DNA of 63,431 nt, the filler included, from Welwitschia mirabilis (lineage: Eukaryota), in assembly GCA_051453625.1 (NCBI GenBank). It is 9 parts of one record of this genome, joined end to end, with 100 filler letters (N's around TTAATTAATTAA, not from the genome) between each part and the next. Parts side by side here need not be neighbours in the genome. Positions count along the whole stretch, not along the records: positions 1 to 14,904 come from JBOZIK010000001.1; positions 15,005 to 29,376 come from JBOZIK010000001.1; 7 more parts are not named here. One strand, given 5' to 3'. The translations under genes were made by a program, and so were the position numbers. The notes under the pieces are model-generated. The model saw nothing but the letters and a program-made list of their open reading frames with translations. It ran no database searches and was not told the origin of the DNA. Below are positions 13,601 through 26,611 of this stretch, in pieces (position 1 is the first letter of the stretch; each line of letters begins with the position of its first letter).

Positions 13601-13830
13601 AATTACAAAAATATACAAATACAATATGAAAAAGATGTTTTTTGGCAGTTTTCACTTTTTTATGTTGGTTTTAGGATTAATTATCACTAGAAATTCAATA
13701 AAATCCTGAACCCTCTTTATATATATTTAGGTATATACAAAGACGAATATATGATTCCAGTTCACAATTCCAGTGATTTACATCTTCTTAGCAAAAGGAT
13801 TCTGCTGTGATTCCGCATTTTAAAAGTATG
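10597..13830 (+). mobile_element. 5'-truncated hAT element with an intron-containing transposase pseudogene and a right TIR
   Basis: Fragments include WEKYGCTIVVDEQTTKRRRT, IYNHSLMLSLVRRHTEGKDLV, RQWNKQLH*PLHVASY and WWEGQGDNIPNLKKPAIKILSQSCSAFGC (dimerisation domain). The terminus gattccgcattttaaaagtatg resembles the TIR ending at 9205. Confidence 0.87.
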
Positions 13831-14196
13831 AAGCAAATATCACATGCAAGACTGAACTTGCACAAATCAGCAAAGAGCCAATTTGTAAACAACAGAACAA
13901 ACTGCAACGGGCTCTATGCTGTTTTAGGGATAGATACTTCGTAGTCTTCAAATACCAATGAAGATCATGAGATTCATTCATATTGTTCTTAGTCTCAGAA
14001 TTCTCAGTTTCATGAATTTCATTCATGTTGAAGATTGATGCCTGTTAACATACTCCTTTTTGTGTCAGCCAAACCAACCTTCCCAAAATAATACAGAAGA
14101 AACTTGACTTTAAAAATTCATTGTTTGTACAGAGTATATTATTACTAGGATACAGTATGTAATCTCTAGAAATGTAAAGCGAGATGGAATAGTTAC

Positions 14197-14268
14197 CAAC
14201 AATCAGAGCAGCCCTACTCAAATCTTGATTTTGCTGATGCGATAGCTCCCAAAAGTGATTCAAATGAG
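14197..14268 (-). CDS. RCE1: CAAX prenyl protease 2 (RCE1/FACE2), coding exon (A)HLNHFWELSHQQNQDLSRAALIV(G)
   Basis: ttgttatag|CTCATTTGAATCAC...ATTGTTG|gtaact, 72 nt, phase 1 at both ends. It completes the FFGLAHLNH motif begun in exon 34418-34529. Confidence 0.93.
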
Positions 14269-14904
14269 CTATAACAAAAAAAGAAGAACATTAGAAACAA
14301 AGTTCAAAAAATAAAGTAACAAGTTAGTTTGCTTACAGATACTTAATTATTTTTATTACGGAAAAGCTCCTACTTTAGGCGACTCACACAAACTGTAAAC
14401 AGAAAAGATGTAGCTCCAAATGTGTGATGAAAACAAACCACTGAAAAGGCTATCAAAAATGAGAATACCGATAGACACTCAGTATACAGGCATACATATC
14501 AGAATGCTTAGTAAAAATCAAGCATCATTTTCAACAAACCCAATCTAAGAGGCTACCTTAAACAAAGAGACTGCTAAAATGCCTTTCATTTGAGGATTGT
14601 ATTTTTCTAGAAATAGCGTAGTGTCAAAGGATAAATATCTCAAAGAGGGCATTTGTGACCAACTGATGACTCAGGGTCAATCTAATCAGCAATACCACCA
14701 GTGCAAACAGCCCAGGCATATTCTTTGTGTGCCTGCTGAAACACAGGTCGCAAACCTATTGTAATTACTCTGTGACTATCAGAGTACTATGCAGCTCCCA
14801 AAGAGAAAGTTTGGAACTTACAAAAGCAGTATCGATTCAATAATTTGTAGAGCAGTTGTTGGTTAATAAAATATAGATTCTTGCTTAATACATTCTAGGT
14901 ATCA

Positions 14905-15004
14905 NNNNNNNNNNNNNNNNNNNNNNNNNNNNNNNNNNNNNNNNNNNNTTAATTAATTAANNNNNNNNNNNNNNNNNNNNNNNNNNNNNNNNNNNNNNNN
15001 NNNN
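14905..15004. other. Artificial contig-join linker 44N-TTAATTAATTAA-44N (12-mer at 14949; also at 29421, 42250, 45911, 49138, 52445, 54598, 61760)
   Basis: The identical 12-mer, with stops in all six frames, sits centred in a 100-bp N block eight times. Confidence 0.97.
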
Positions 15005-15056
15005 CCACCCCCCCCCCTCCCCCGCGACCCCCTCTAGGTTATTCGTGACCCTAACA
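15005..15056 (+). mobile_element. 3' end of a SIRE-like copia LTR at a contig edge
   Basis: C-rich ccccctctagg...ccctaaca terminus, like the LTR ends at 36548 and 37079. Confidence 0.6.
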
Positions 15057-15059
15057 AAA

Positions 15060-15930
15060 GGTACTCCTATTGTTAACACCACACATTCTTCCTCAATGGT
15101 TGCCTTATTAACTATCTATCTAGTACTCCACCCCACACAAATGTTCAACCTATTGTTGACTTCTTGAGTCCTGATCAGCTACAAAGTTCACATCAACAAA
15201 ACCATGAATACTGAAGTCACCACTACCAAAGCACAAACTTGTTGCTTGAGTGACCTTCAAGTAACCTTGAGATCCACTTTCTGTCAATGATTCCAACCTT
15301 AGTTTGCCATGGATCCATTAACAACTCCTATGGCATATAATATCTCTAGATGTGCACAGATCATGACAAACATCAAGAAACCTGTTGCTGATGCATATGA
15401 AATATTCTTGACCCCCTCAGCTTCATCTTTTGTGTTTGGACAGTTCTCTTCTGACAGCTGAAAATGAAAAGATAATAGAGTTTTGTGGGGCTTGCTATCT
15501 TGCATATTAAACCATTCCAACAACTTTCCCACCCCCTCGGCTTCATCTTTCGTGTTTGGACAGTCCTCTTCTGACAGCTGAACATGAAAAGATAATAGAG
15601 TTTTGTGGGGCTTGGTATCTTGCATATTAAACCATTCCAACACCTTTCCCGCGTAGACCTTTGGTCCAACCAAAATTATATGTATGTAGATATTTACTGC
15701 TGCTTGTCTCTTCTAATTTTTGTTCCCAAAAATTGTGTTGTGCCCCAAATTTTCCATGGCAAAATGCTTTTTCCCTTCTGTCATGAAATTATTGATTTCA
15801 TGAGTGTCATTACTAGCAATTTACATGTCATCAATATACAGCACTAGGATAACAAACTTACCTACTGTATCACTGAAAAAATGCACACAATGGTCCTCTT
15901 GGCGACCAACATGATCCCCATATGCTAGGG
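15060..15930 (-). mobile_element. Degenerate copia RT fragment with an in-frame 120-bp tandem duplication (15411-15530 / 15531-15650)
   Basis: LVLYIDDM near 15835, SYASATGFLMFVMICAHLEI and GFVDVNFVA. The 40-aa repeat is visible in ORF 15299-15673. Confidence 0.88.
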
Positions 15931-18900
15931 GACCCCTTTGTCCTTTCTTCTTCAGCTTACCTTCTTCTCCCTCCTTTTGATCACCCTTTCCTTCCTTCTT
16001 TCTTGCTTCTTTTATGTTTTCCCCTTCTCTTTCTTCCTCTTCCTCCTCTCTTTTTCTTTTCCTTCTTCTTCTCTCTCACACCCTCTTTCATACTCTCTTT
16101 CACAACCTCTTGCACACTCTCTACCATGCCATCTCCACCCTGCACTCCAGCATTCTCTCCAGGCGACAGGCCTTTGTTCTGTAGGGCCAGAATTAGCTTT
16201 CGCTCTAGCAACTCACTTCTTTGCCTTCAAACAGAGTTTTCAACTGGCTGACTCCATTAGAGGATCATCTCCGAGCAACTTCCTGCACCCAAGATCCCTT
16301 TCTTTCACCTCATTTCCTTCCATTCTCCCCCGTTGTTCCTTTTCTCCCACATTTCTTCTTCCCTCTCCCACCTTTCCCTCTCTTTAACTCCCCTCATTCC
16401 CTCGTCCACACCCAGAGCATGGAATTTTAGCTCCAGCTCCCTTTTTCAGCTGCAAGCCACCAACTACAGTTTTGGACAGCTAGCAAGAAGATCCGGCAGA
16501 CGATGGCAGGTGTTCACTCTCCTTCACGAACACAACTTTCAACTTCATCAAGTATCAGAACCAAGTCAAGGCTCTAGACCAGTCAAAGAAGCTCTCTTCC
16601 ACCTAAGAGCTTTCCTTCCTCATTCCTTCTTCCTCTCATCCTCACCTAGTTTTCCAAACCTTCCACACCCAAGGCATGGAACTCACAAGCATCACCCCTC
16701 ATTCCTCCAGTTTCCTGTTTCCAACCTTCCCCTTCAGCCGACTTCCAACTGTATCCATAGAATTCAGCCTCCAACACAACATCCTTTTAGTCAACCTTCT
16801 CCTCAGGTTGTACCATCCTTAGAGGCATAGTTCTTCATATAGGGTTACACTACTTCAACTCCTCGCCTAGCTTCCTTCACTGAGGGCATGATCATTCATC
16901 AGCTTTAGAAGAGTCCTAACATTATCCTTCCTATGACATTACATCGTGGGGTGAGTACCAACCTAGTGACTGGTTAGGTCACTATTGTTCTAGTGGAGTG
17001 ATCCTCTTTGGCACCATCAAGGACCAGCCAACCATTCAATCACTGCTCCATTAGTCTTCCAAATGCTCTTTTACTCTTGGGATCCTGGCTAGCTCAAGTG
17101 TGATGAGGACAACGAAGACAACTGCAAGACACTACCCGCATCCCACCATCACCTTTTCCCCTTCCATGTCTTCCACATCACTCCCTCTTCTCTGCCGTCC
17201 ATCTAAGAGGTAGTCTTTCCCATTATCTCCCACTTCTAGGTCTCTGCATCAAGGAGACCCTCTCTAAGGTTTTTTTCTCTATTTTCCTGATGGCCTCTAG
17301 TATTTTAAAAGTCATATGTAAGATTGGGGCTTCCCTTCCTCATATGCCACGTAGTGGTTTCTGCTTCATCAAGAAGACCTCACTTCCAGACTCCCAACTA
17401 GTTGATGATTTCACCTTCTCCACGAGGAAGACACTTGAAGAAAATACAAGGAGCCTCCACCTTCTACACATCTCTTTATCAATTCTCATGCTTTCTCATC
17501 ATGTTTGTAATAGAGTGTTTTAGTTATCCATTTATGCAGTATAACAATCCTCCCTTCTTCTCGCCTGAGAAAGACCTATGTGTACCTCCTCCTCTTCATT
17601 AATAGTGTAGAACATTGTCATTATGTTTTAGAGAAATATTAATAAAGAGTTTCATTCTTTTCTCATCTGTTTGTTCCTTACTATCTGTAGGCACAGCAAA
17701 GAAGAAGCAGGACCCCTTCTCGAGCGGACCCTTCATCCTCAACCAACGGAGAACACCCCCTATTGTATCCTTCCTGATTCCCCTTCTAAAGAACTTTGCC
17801 CAACTATGGCATAGACTTAGGAGGAGACCTGACTAGAACCTCTAATCCCACAACCCAAGATCTATTCCATACCATTCACCTCGCATGCCAGAACAACCTA
17901 AAGGACAAATCCTTTCTTATGAACTCCTCCACCCATCTTCTACCCTTACCCCTTATTTTTCCTTTTCTTTATCTTTTACCCTATGAGGTACTACCCACTA
18001 CCCCTTGCCCACACTCTAAGCCTGTTCCCCAGTTACTTCGTACCTTGAGGGAGATTACTTTGGGTACCTAATTTCCAATGGCCCTCTAAAACAAGTCCAA
18101 GACATCACCTTAGAAAATGCACGTTGTTGCCTTCCCAAGCCTACCAAAAGAAGTTTACATCAACACATATTCTTTGGTGCTACAATGAGGGCCATGAACC
18201 ACTGCACCAACTTATCACTACAACATACATTTCAGAACTCAGCAGTAATTGAAGAAGAGAGAGATTTGAGAACCCCTTTAGTCCTTTTCATTTTCACATA
18301 GCTCGTCTTCATCTGATGAATCTTCTTGGGAGCCGTATTTTCTTGTCCTGCCACCATCGCCAACTACTAGTTTTACACAGTCATCCATCCCTAACCATCC
18401 CATCATTTAGCATGCCCTCATGGCCAAGCCACCACCATATATAGGCAATAACCCTCTCAATTTTCTAAACTTTCACACCTTACCTATAGAACATGATAAG
18501 TTCCTCCAAACCTAAAGCCCCCATTTCTCCCTAGCTCACAAAGACCACATCACCACCTTTATCATAGGATTATGGTTCCTATGTGTCCATCGAAAGGATG
18601 TTTGTTGTCAGGTGTTTCTTCTCTGCCTCAGAGGAGTGGCACAACTTTGGTACTTATATCTACCTCCGAATTCTACCAGCTCTTGGAACGAACTAAATCG
18701 GATGTTCCTGCAACTGTTCGGGGACAGATAGATCCAAAGACCAAATATCAATATTTTGCTACTATTCAAAAAGAGCACACAGAGGTCGTCTAAGCTTTCA
18801 ACAACTGTTTCTAAATCATCTACAACAAGCTTCCTGTCTTCTACCAGCCCTTTGCCTTTCAGGCTATGATGGTGTACACATCTACTTCAGATGGGATGAC

Positions 18901-20033
18901 TTGGCTCTTTTTAGAGTAAAGATGTAATTTGAACATTCGCCAGCACTTCATGAATGCGATTATTCACATGGAGAGGCTTATGCCTATCACTTCATACAAC
19001 CATCCCAACCTTTTTCATTTCAACCCTCTCATCTCACCACCTCCCACCATTACACCACTTCCTATCATCACACCTTTCAATCCTGCAAACCCTCGTTCAC
19101 CTTAGCTTCCCCAATTACTTAGGATCACCACATCCACTACAACATGTTTCCTTCCAACCCAATCCTCCTTCCTCTTCTCCATCACACTTGCCTCTTAGTC
19201 CAATTCCTTTACCTTCAAGCACACCTTCTACTCGGATGAGGCAAGCGGAGAAACAGAAACACTCGATAGGATGCTAAGAAAGTTGACTCAAGCTATGAAG
19301 CAGCTAAGGATCTCTCAGCATAATAAAGGTCAAGGAAGAGAAGAGAGACTAGCGAAAAAGTGGTTTCCTAAGTTAAGAGAGGATTCTAACGTCTCATCAC
19401 TTCACGATTTTTGTCCTTTCCACTAGATAGCCAATCACACTAAGGATACCTGCCAAGATTACATCCATAATATAGGGGATTATGAAGGCCTCCAATAAAC
19501 TTAGGCCTCATCCTCTTAGCTGGAAAGTACATGATATTTTGATACCATAGACTCATAGAAGAAGTGGATGTGGCATATGTTCCACATTAAAGTGTAAATG
19601 AACCTGCGCAGCCTGTAAAAGATACGATCGCCCTCTAGATTTCTATCTACACTAGAAAGGATGGAGCTATAAACAAAGAGGCTCTTGGACTTCGACCCAA
19701 CCCAACAGAAGACAAGGAGAAAAGGTTCAAGAGAAAGGAAAAAGAGCCTGCTACCACTTCTATTCCTTCCAATAGGAGTCCAACTCCTCCATGTCAGGAA
19801 GCTGCTAACAATCCCCCACCTCTTCCCACATATAAGAGGTACCACTTGTCTACTTCAATACAAGCTCCTACCAATGCAGCTGAATAGGAAAAGAAAGACC
19901 TGCACCTCATACAATGTAGTCAAGAAGCTAAAGAAGTGAAAGGCCAATTTGTCCATTTTTGAATTCTTGCAACTGAGTAGAGAGCAAGCTATATCAAGCT
20001 TGCATGACGACACATGCCCAATAATCAAAAGAG

Positions 20034-22355
20034 CAATGTTTCAAAACTTGGACTTGCCACCCAACTCGGCTAGGGGAAAAACTTGTGACTCAGTTGACTC
20101 ATTAATTGACTTGACACAAATTCTAGTTCTTTTTAGCATTTTAAATTCAATTTTAACGATAAAACATTTAAATGTAAAATATATGATGCATTAACATGTT
20201 TTACAAAATCATTTTCTAAATCATAACAATAGGCAATATGTTTATAATTTTCAAGATCGAAATTAAAGTACAAATCAAAAATTCCCACACTTGTATTTCG
20301 ATAGTTACATGAAAAAGCTAGCCAGATAGGTATCAATATTTCATCAATGTCCATTACGAATCAAAAGTACAAAAAAGACTAAGTCCATGTGACTCATGTT
20401 GGAAGTGAAGCCAAATCTCTTGATGTTATTTATTCCTTTTGTATTTTGACTTTATATATTTTTATATAGNNNNNNNNNNNNNNNNNNNNNNNNNNNNNNN
20501 NNNNNNNNNNNNNNNNNNNNNNNNNNNNNNNNNNNNNNNNNNNNNNNNNNNNNNNNNNNNNNNNNNNNNNNNNNNNNNNNNNNNNNNNNNNNNNNNNNNN
20601 NNNNNNNNNNNNNNNNNNNNNNNNNNNNNNNNNNNNNNNNNNNNNNNNNNNNNNNNNNNNNNNNNNNNNNNNNNNNNNNNNNNNNNNNNNNNNNNNNNNN
20701 NNNNNNNNNNNNNNNNNNNNNNNNNNNNNNNNNNNNNNNNNNNNNNNNNNNNNNNNNNNNNNNNNNNNNNNNNNNNNNNNNNNNNNNNNNNNNNNNNNNN
20801 NNNNNNNNNNNNNNNNNNNNNNNNNNNNNNNNNNNNNNNNNNNNNNNNNNNNNNNNNNNNNNNNNNNNNNNNNNNNNNNNNNNNNNNNNNNNNNNNNNNN
20901 NNNNNNNNNNNNNNNNNNNNNNNNNNNNNNNNNNNNNNNNNNNNNNNNNNNNNNNNNNNNNNNNNNNNNNNNNNNNNNNNNNNNNNNNNNNNNNNNNNNN
21001 NNNNNNNNNNNNNNNNNNNNNNNNNNNNNNNNNNNNNNNNNNNNNNNNNNNNNNNNNNNNNNNNNNNNNNNNNNNNNNNNNNNNNNNNNNNNNNNNNNNN
21101 NNNNNNNNNNNNNNNNNNNNNNNNNNNNNNNNNNNNNNNNNNNNNNNNNNNNNNNNNNNNNNNNNNNNNNNNNNNNNNNNNNNNNNNNNNNNNNNNNNNN
21201 NNNNNNNNNNNNNNNNNNNNNNNNNNNNNNNNNNNNNNNNNNNNNNNNNNNNNNNNNNNNNNNNNNNNNNNNNNNNNNNNNNNNNNNNNNNNNNNNNNNN
21301 NNNNNNNNNNNNNNNNNNNNNNNNNNNNNNNNNNNNNNNNNNNNNNNNNNNAGAAGGATTGTGTAGAAGCCTCAAGTCAACGAAACCTACTTCCATGCAA
21401 GATGTTAACTGGACAAAGATGAAGTCTAAGGCTCTGTCCTACATCCATCAATGTCTAAGTAATGGCACTCTACAGTCTATCAAATATGACATGGAGCCTC
21501 ATGATCTCTAGCAGACTTTGAAAAACTAGTTTGATAAAGCTTCTAGTTTAAATACTTTTCACATTTATCAAAAGGTTTTCAAAGCAAATAAAAGACATGG
21601 AGTCCGCTTGCAAGATTACCTAAATGAGATGATGAGTAATCTATTTAAGTAGGAGGAGTACAAAAATGTTATTCTGGATTTGGTAAAATCTTATACTCTT
21701 TTGGATTCCCTGCCAAATTCATGGTCTCCAGGAGTGACTTCAATCACTACATCCATGGATATTACTTCTNNNNNNNNNNNNNNNNNNNNNNNNNNNNNNN
21801 NNNNNNNNNNNNNNNNNNNNNNNNNNNNNNNNNNNNNNNNNNNNNNNNNNNNNNNNNNNNNNNNNNNNNGGGCTTGTGGCTTTGTGGGTTGTGTTGACTA
21901 GCACAGTGGCATCTTTTGTTTGATGTAACATTCTAAATCAAACATTAAAATTATGGATATTTTGATTATTCTTTAAATGCATTGTACTGTTTTGTTGTTG
22001 AAATGTTTCTATTTGCTGAACACTGTGTAAAATGCATAATATGGATCGAAATTGAACAATCATTATCCTATCTAAAGTTCTAAACTATGGTTTTAATGTT
22101 ATGATCCAACATTTCATTGCTATTTTGCTAAACAAAACCCATAGAGCATGTAAACATATTGATCTAGATGTTCTTCTATCATTATTAAAGGGCCAACAGG
22201 TGCTTAGTAATGTTTTACATTATTGGAATTAGAGGGGACTAATTTTTTAATGTTCTTTCAAAGCCGACATTTTTGCCGACTAGTCTCCGACTTGACGACT
22301 CGACTCTTTGTTTGAGATTGCCGACTTTTTACTTTGGCCGACTATTTAATCATTG
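20034..22355. mobile_element. Probable non-autonomous TIR (hAT-like) element
   Basis: Imperfect inverted ends caatgtttcaaaacttgg / ccgactatttaatcattg (13/18) and GACT/CCGAC-rich subterminal repeats. No TSD found, and the span crosses two gaps. Confidence 0.5.
21352..21769 (+). mobile_element. Copia gag (UBN2-type) fragment
   Basis: WTKMKSKALSYIHQCLSNGTLQSIKY...LLDSLPNSWS, with stops. Confidence 0.8.
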
Positions 22356-22433
22356 GTGAAATCTGTGGTAGAATAGAGAAGAAAGGGTGTCTTATAATCC
22401 AAAACGTTGTTGGGCCCCTCTAGATTTTGGAAA

Positions 22434-22640
22434 AAGTGCTTTTTAAACTAATTCCTCCTCCTTGACACACACGAACTCGATGAAACACATAGACTCATAG
22501 ACTCGTGAGTTTCATAGAAACTCGTGGGCTTTTCATTAAGCCTCGGACTCAGTGAGTTTTGATGAAACCGACTCAGGAGTCTTTAGAGACTCACGACTTG
22601 GAGAGTATTTGTAGACCCGCTGCAAGTCTTGCAACACTAC
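22434..22640. repeat. Short GACTC-rich, MITE-like remnant
   Basis: Dense gactc/gagt motifs. It sits immediately before the point where the Tat protease frame resumes. The TIRs are weak. Confidence 0.4.
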
Positions 22641-24549
22641 AAAAGACTCACCCTAGAGATGAACTTTGTAGAATTGGAGACGCAAGCCACCAATTTCACC
22701 GACAAGAAGAAGGTGCCTCCCTTCCTCGTCACGTTGCGAATGTTCAATAAGAACATACAAAATTGTCTGATTGACTCGGGAGCATCTATAAACATCCTAC
22801 CATCAGAAGTAGCAAAGCCACTAAAACTCACTAAGAGAGTGGAGCAAGACCATGGTCCAGCTCGATAAAATCAATGTCAAGGTCCAAGGCATCTTGAAGG
22901 ACATCAAGATGTACTTAGTGATAGATCGTTGGGTCATGAGCATCATCAACTTCTATGTTGTTAATATTCCAGCTATATATGATGCCTTACTGAGTAGAAG
23001 CTAAGTGGCTTCTCTTCATGCTTACATCTTCTCAGACCACTCTCACATGTGGCTCCCCAAGAAGGGTGTACCCAACCAGATGCACATAGAAAGAAAGAAA
23101 GCTCTATCTCAAATATAACATTATCGCTTACAGAGCAGAGAAGACTACCCTAGAGGAGCTTGTTAGATATTCAAGCTTGGACACCTATCTAGCACCACGA
23201 ATAAAACTCTCCAATCCCTATGTCACCAGAGAGGCCATGGTCTAACTTCTTAAACGGAGCCACCAATGCACTCGAAAGAGGAGGTAGTTCTCCAATCCCC
23301 AGACAATTCCAACATAAAGAAAGCATTCAAACTGAAGTTTACTACTTCTAACAATGCCACAGAATATGAAGCCCTGATACAAGCTCATAGAATATGAAGC
23401 CTTGATACAAGCTCTTAGGCTGACACTCCCAAAGAAGATCAAAAAAGCCCAAGTTTTTAGAGATTTGGAGTTGATGATCAGGCAGATTAAAGGAGGTATT
23501 CAATCCATAACCCCATGTTGAAGGCTTATAAGGCTAGAGTTCTAGATCTCATGGGACAATTTCAAAAGTGGCCTCTCTCCAAGATTCCCAAAGCGAAAAA
23601 TTCTCTAGTAGATAAAGTCGTTGCTTCTACTATCCTAAGAGCCCCTGTGGATGACCCAGCTGTTAAAAGAACTGTAGATTGTTCTCCTTTTTGAGAGATC
23701 TATCCCTGACAACATCAAAGGCTTCCAAGTCTTTGAAGGGGATGACTAGGTCTTGAGGTTCTTGCAAAACAAAGAAGAGCTCGAGAAGCAGATAGAAGAC
23801 AAGGAAGAAGATACAGAAAAGGATAAGAACTTCATAGAAGATGGCATTTTGCAACTCCAAACTAACAATATTCCTATTGGGTTTATTCAACTTGAAAAGT
23901 TCTTTAATGCAGAGTTAGATCTCCCCTTTCCCAAAAAATCTACAGAAGAAGCAGTGGAAGAGGTGAACCTCGATTCTCCCTAGTACCCTCAACGTATCAA
24001 GAAGAGAGGGTTTGTTCCGCCTAGCATCATGCTGCAATCCTAGCAACATTAAACATTTTGCCATCTACAACATAAAAAACACTGGAGGATACAATCTGAT
24101 ATGATAAAACTCATATATGTTTAGACAGAGATGAAAGGATGCACCAATGTTAATGGGTCAGATATTATAATGTCCTTATGTTAAATATATGCATGGTTTT
24201 ATCACCATAAAGTTTACACTACCTTCTCCTTTTGCCTGATTTGCTTGGGAGAGGGACATCTCTATGTGTATTTTATCTCCCCCTCTAGCCTTTGACTTGG
24301 CCTTCCATGCGTAACATTCCTTGTTGGTATTACTTGTCTTTCTACCATGTAACTATTCTCTACTCCTCCTCCTCCGCAATTACATCTCCTACTTCTAATT
24401 CTGTCATTAGCCACAAAGGCACTTTCTGTAAACTATACCTCTGGCATTCTATTCTTTGCATCCTTGAGAGTGAAGACCACTTGGTCAAACGTTATGGTTG
24501 TAATGTTCACAAGTAAAGTGATTAATGTCACTACTATTGACCATGATTT

Positions 24550-25350
24550 TCATAAGGAATCTAGAAGCCTGTGTTCAACCCAAAGACACACCAAACCTAT
24601 TTTGTAGCTTTTTCCAAAGCACATGACTCTTTGTTTGATCTGTGATATACTGCAAAGTGCCATTACTTGAACCAGTTTGAATATAGGATAGTGCCTTTGC
24701 CTACCTTCTTGTTTTGACAAGTTTGTCTATTGTGTATAGTCTTTCCATTCTAGTGATTTTTCTTATATAGGCGAAGGGGGTAATAAGAAAAAAATACGCA
24801 TCCACAAAATCTGCTACTCACTTCTCATGAAGGGTTGCTTCATTCTGCTTTATAACAATGCTTAACTCTTACGCTTTGCAACCTATCTTTCACTACATTT
24901 CCTACACTCACTTTGCTCGACTTATGCTATGCTTGATAAGGGTCACGCTCAAGAAACCCTAATGAAGCTAATGCTCCAAAACCAATTGTTATGAGTTTAA
25001 GCCACAAAAATGTAAAAACAATAGCAGAAAGAATGCCAATGTTTTACATGGAAACCCCCAACGCAAAGAAAAACCATAGGTACAATGCAAATCTCTCTAT
25101 TACCAATCAAAACAATGAAACACAAGAACATAAGCTACCATTAACAAATTGATTAGGAAGCCAAGCACAACAATGACTATCAACAATAAACCTTGACCAG
25201 CAAGCCCTAGATCATAGTCGAATGCCTTCCTTCTACCCTAGATTAGCCTTACATAGTCTTACATTAGGTTTATAACCCTAATATCACATTAACATTACAA
25301 ATCTAAAATCACATCTTACATACACTAAATAAAAAGTCAAGCCTTCAATA
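24550..25350 (-). mobile_element. Copia 5' LTR (24987-25350), degenerate PBS and gag start; same family as LTR 816-1178
   Basis: gctccaaaacca-at-TGTT junction. The LTR shares ttacatggaaacccc...aaaa.ca.gg..caatgca...ctctctat with 816-1178. gag reads KAKALSYIQTGSSNGTLQY. Confidence 0.8.
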
Positions 25351-25489
25351 CGTTGTTTTTTTTTAAACATTCGTTCTTGAGTTTATTTACCATGGTAAAT
25401 TTCATACAATCTTGATTCCATACAGATTTGCAAAACCAACTTTGCATGGGTCCTTAGATAACGGAGTTACCATGACATATGGAATACTG

Positions 25490-26260
25490 CCACAATTATG
25501 TGGCATCCATTATCTTAGTAACTAGAAGCCTAAAATAAGGTCTTTTTCCATTATGGAAGCATACAATCTCATAAGACAAAACATCGTACACAAAGTTTTG
25601 CAACTGATATGGAGAATGGAGATTATGATGACGTCTAGAGGAATAATACACATTTGCAAGGATACTTACTTTATTGTTAAAGGGTAATTTGTTGGTCCCA
25701 ATTTGAGAAAAATTCAATACGGAAGCCTTTAGCTACCTTAGCCAAATGCTCGCTTATTTAGTGTACTCAACAACTAGAAGTGGAACCAGAATTGATACAC
25801 AAGAGCAAAAAGTATCATCTTTATTATCTTCCTTAAGATTGAATACATTATCACTTACACAAATCTTTATTGTGTTCCCATTGTTATCCTTTGGTTTCTT
25901 GGCCTTACCTTAAACTCTTGTTGTCACCTCCTCAAATTAGGACTTCCTTCAGTGCTTCGTGCCTTTTTACTTACCCTTAGTTCATCTTTATAAAAATTTT
26001 TGAGGTTAAAGAAGCAATTCTCGATGTGATGACTAGAATAGTGCATAGCTTATCTCAACACCTTGGTTTTATAGCCAAAATGTTCTCTAAGAGAGTACTT
26101 GTATTGCCCTCTAAATGAGTTCATAATTCATGCATTTAAAGTAAGGTCATGGACCACCCATGCAGAGTATTCTATTGGACATCCTGAGTCTAAATAAAAG
26201 TAACAATCATTTCATAATTCTATGGCAAGGCTCAGATCATGCAATTCAATAGGTTTCAAT
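25490..26260 (-). mobile_element. Highly degenerate copia gag-protease fragment
   Basis: CINSGSTS (WIIDSGA-like), IGTNKLPFNNKVSILANVYY...HNLHSPYQL, and a zinc-knuckle remnant near 26020. Confidence 0.6.
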
Positions 26261-26611
26261 CACTAGAGACCTTGCCTTGCATTTGGAACTACTCCCATAG
26301 ACCTAAAACCTAATTAAAGGGTAGGTTTAAGACGCAATTTTTATTCGGTTGTCATGCTACACAATCTATTAAATTTTAGCCACATCCTAGGTGTTATGGG
26401 CTTAATTGTCCCACCATCACAATCTCCACTTTATAGACCCCTACAGACAAAATGGGGAAATGAAGAAAACAACAATCAAAATAATCCTAAGCCCAGACAA
26501 GTACAAAGCTTGGGTTAATACATCAATAAAAACATGAATACACATTTGATCAAGCACAATTAAAAATAGACACATAACCAAAAAGATAGAAGTTAGTAGA
26601 AGTTGGAAAGT

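Larger units (their letters stand above)
17800..24000 (+). mobile_element. Degenerate Ty3/gypsy Tat-lineage element: gag, protease, additional RNase H (aRH) and spacer, truncated before RT and interrupted at about 19990-22640
   Basis: gag: DHITTFI...DVCCQVF...AQLWYLYLPPNSTSSWNEL (18540-18720) and CPFH..ANHTKDTC. Protease: CLIDSGASINIL (~22765). aRH: SNNATEYEALIQAL...VFRDLELMIRQI (23345-23500). Spacer: LQTNNIPIGFIQLEKFF. Confidence 0.85.

Noticed and set aside
13934..14042. Possible next RCE1 exon after ttaacag (ASIFNMNEIHETEN...)
   Set aside because: In the required phase it stops after 7 codons (GINLQHE*), and it has no resemblance to the expected G.QLGYT..FG segment.
14697..14756. Possible in-frame 60-nt cassette exon (LRPVFQQAHKEYAWAVCTG)
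   Set aside because: There is no polypyrimidine tract, the donor is weak, and it would split the FxxxH motif.
14949..14960. Recurrent palindrome TTAATTAATTAA (8 copies) as a biological motif
   Set aside because: It is always centred in exactly 44N+44N, so it is an assembly linker with six-frame stops.
15981..16211. K/R-rich 76-aa ORF as a host basic protein
   Set aside because: It is explained by low-complexity purine bias and has no splice or homology support.
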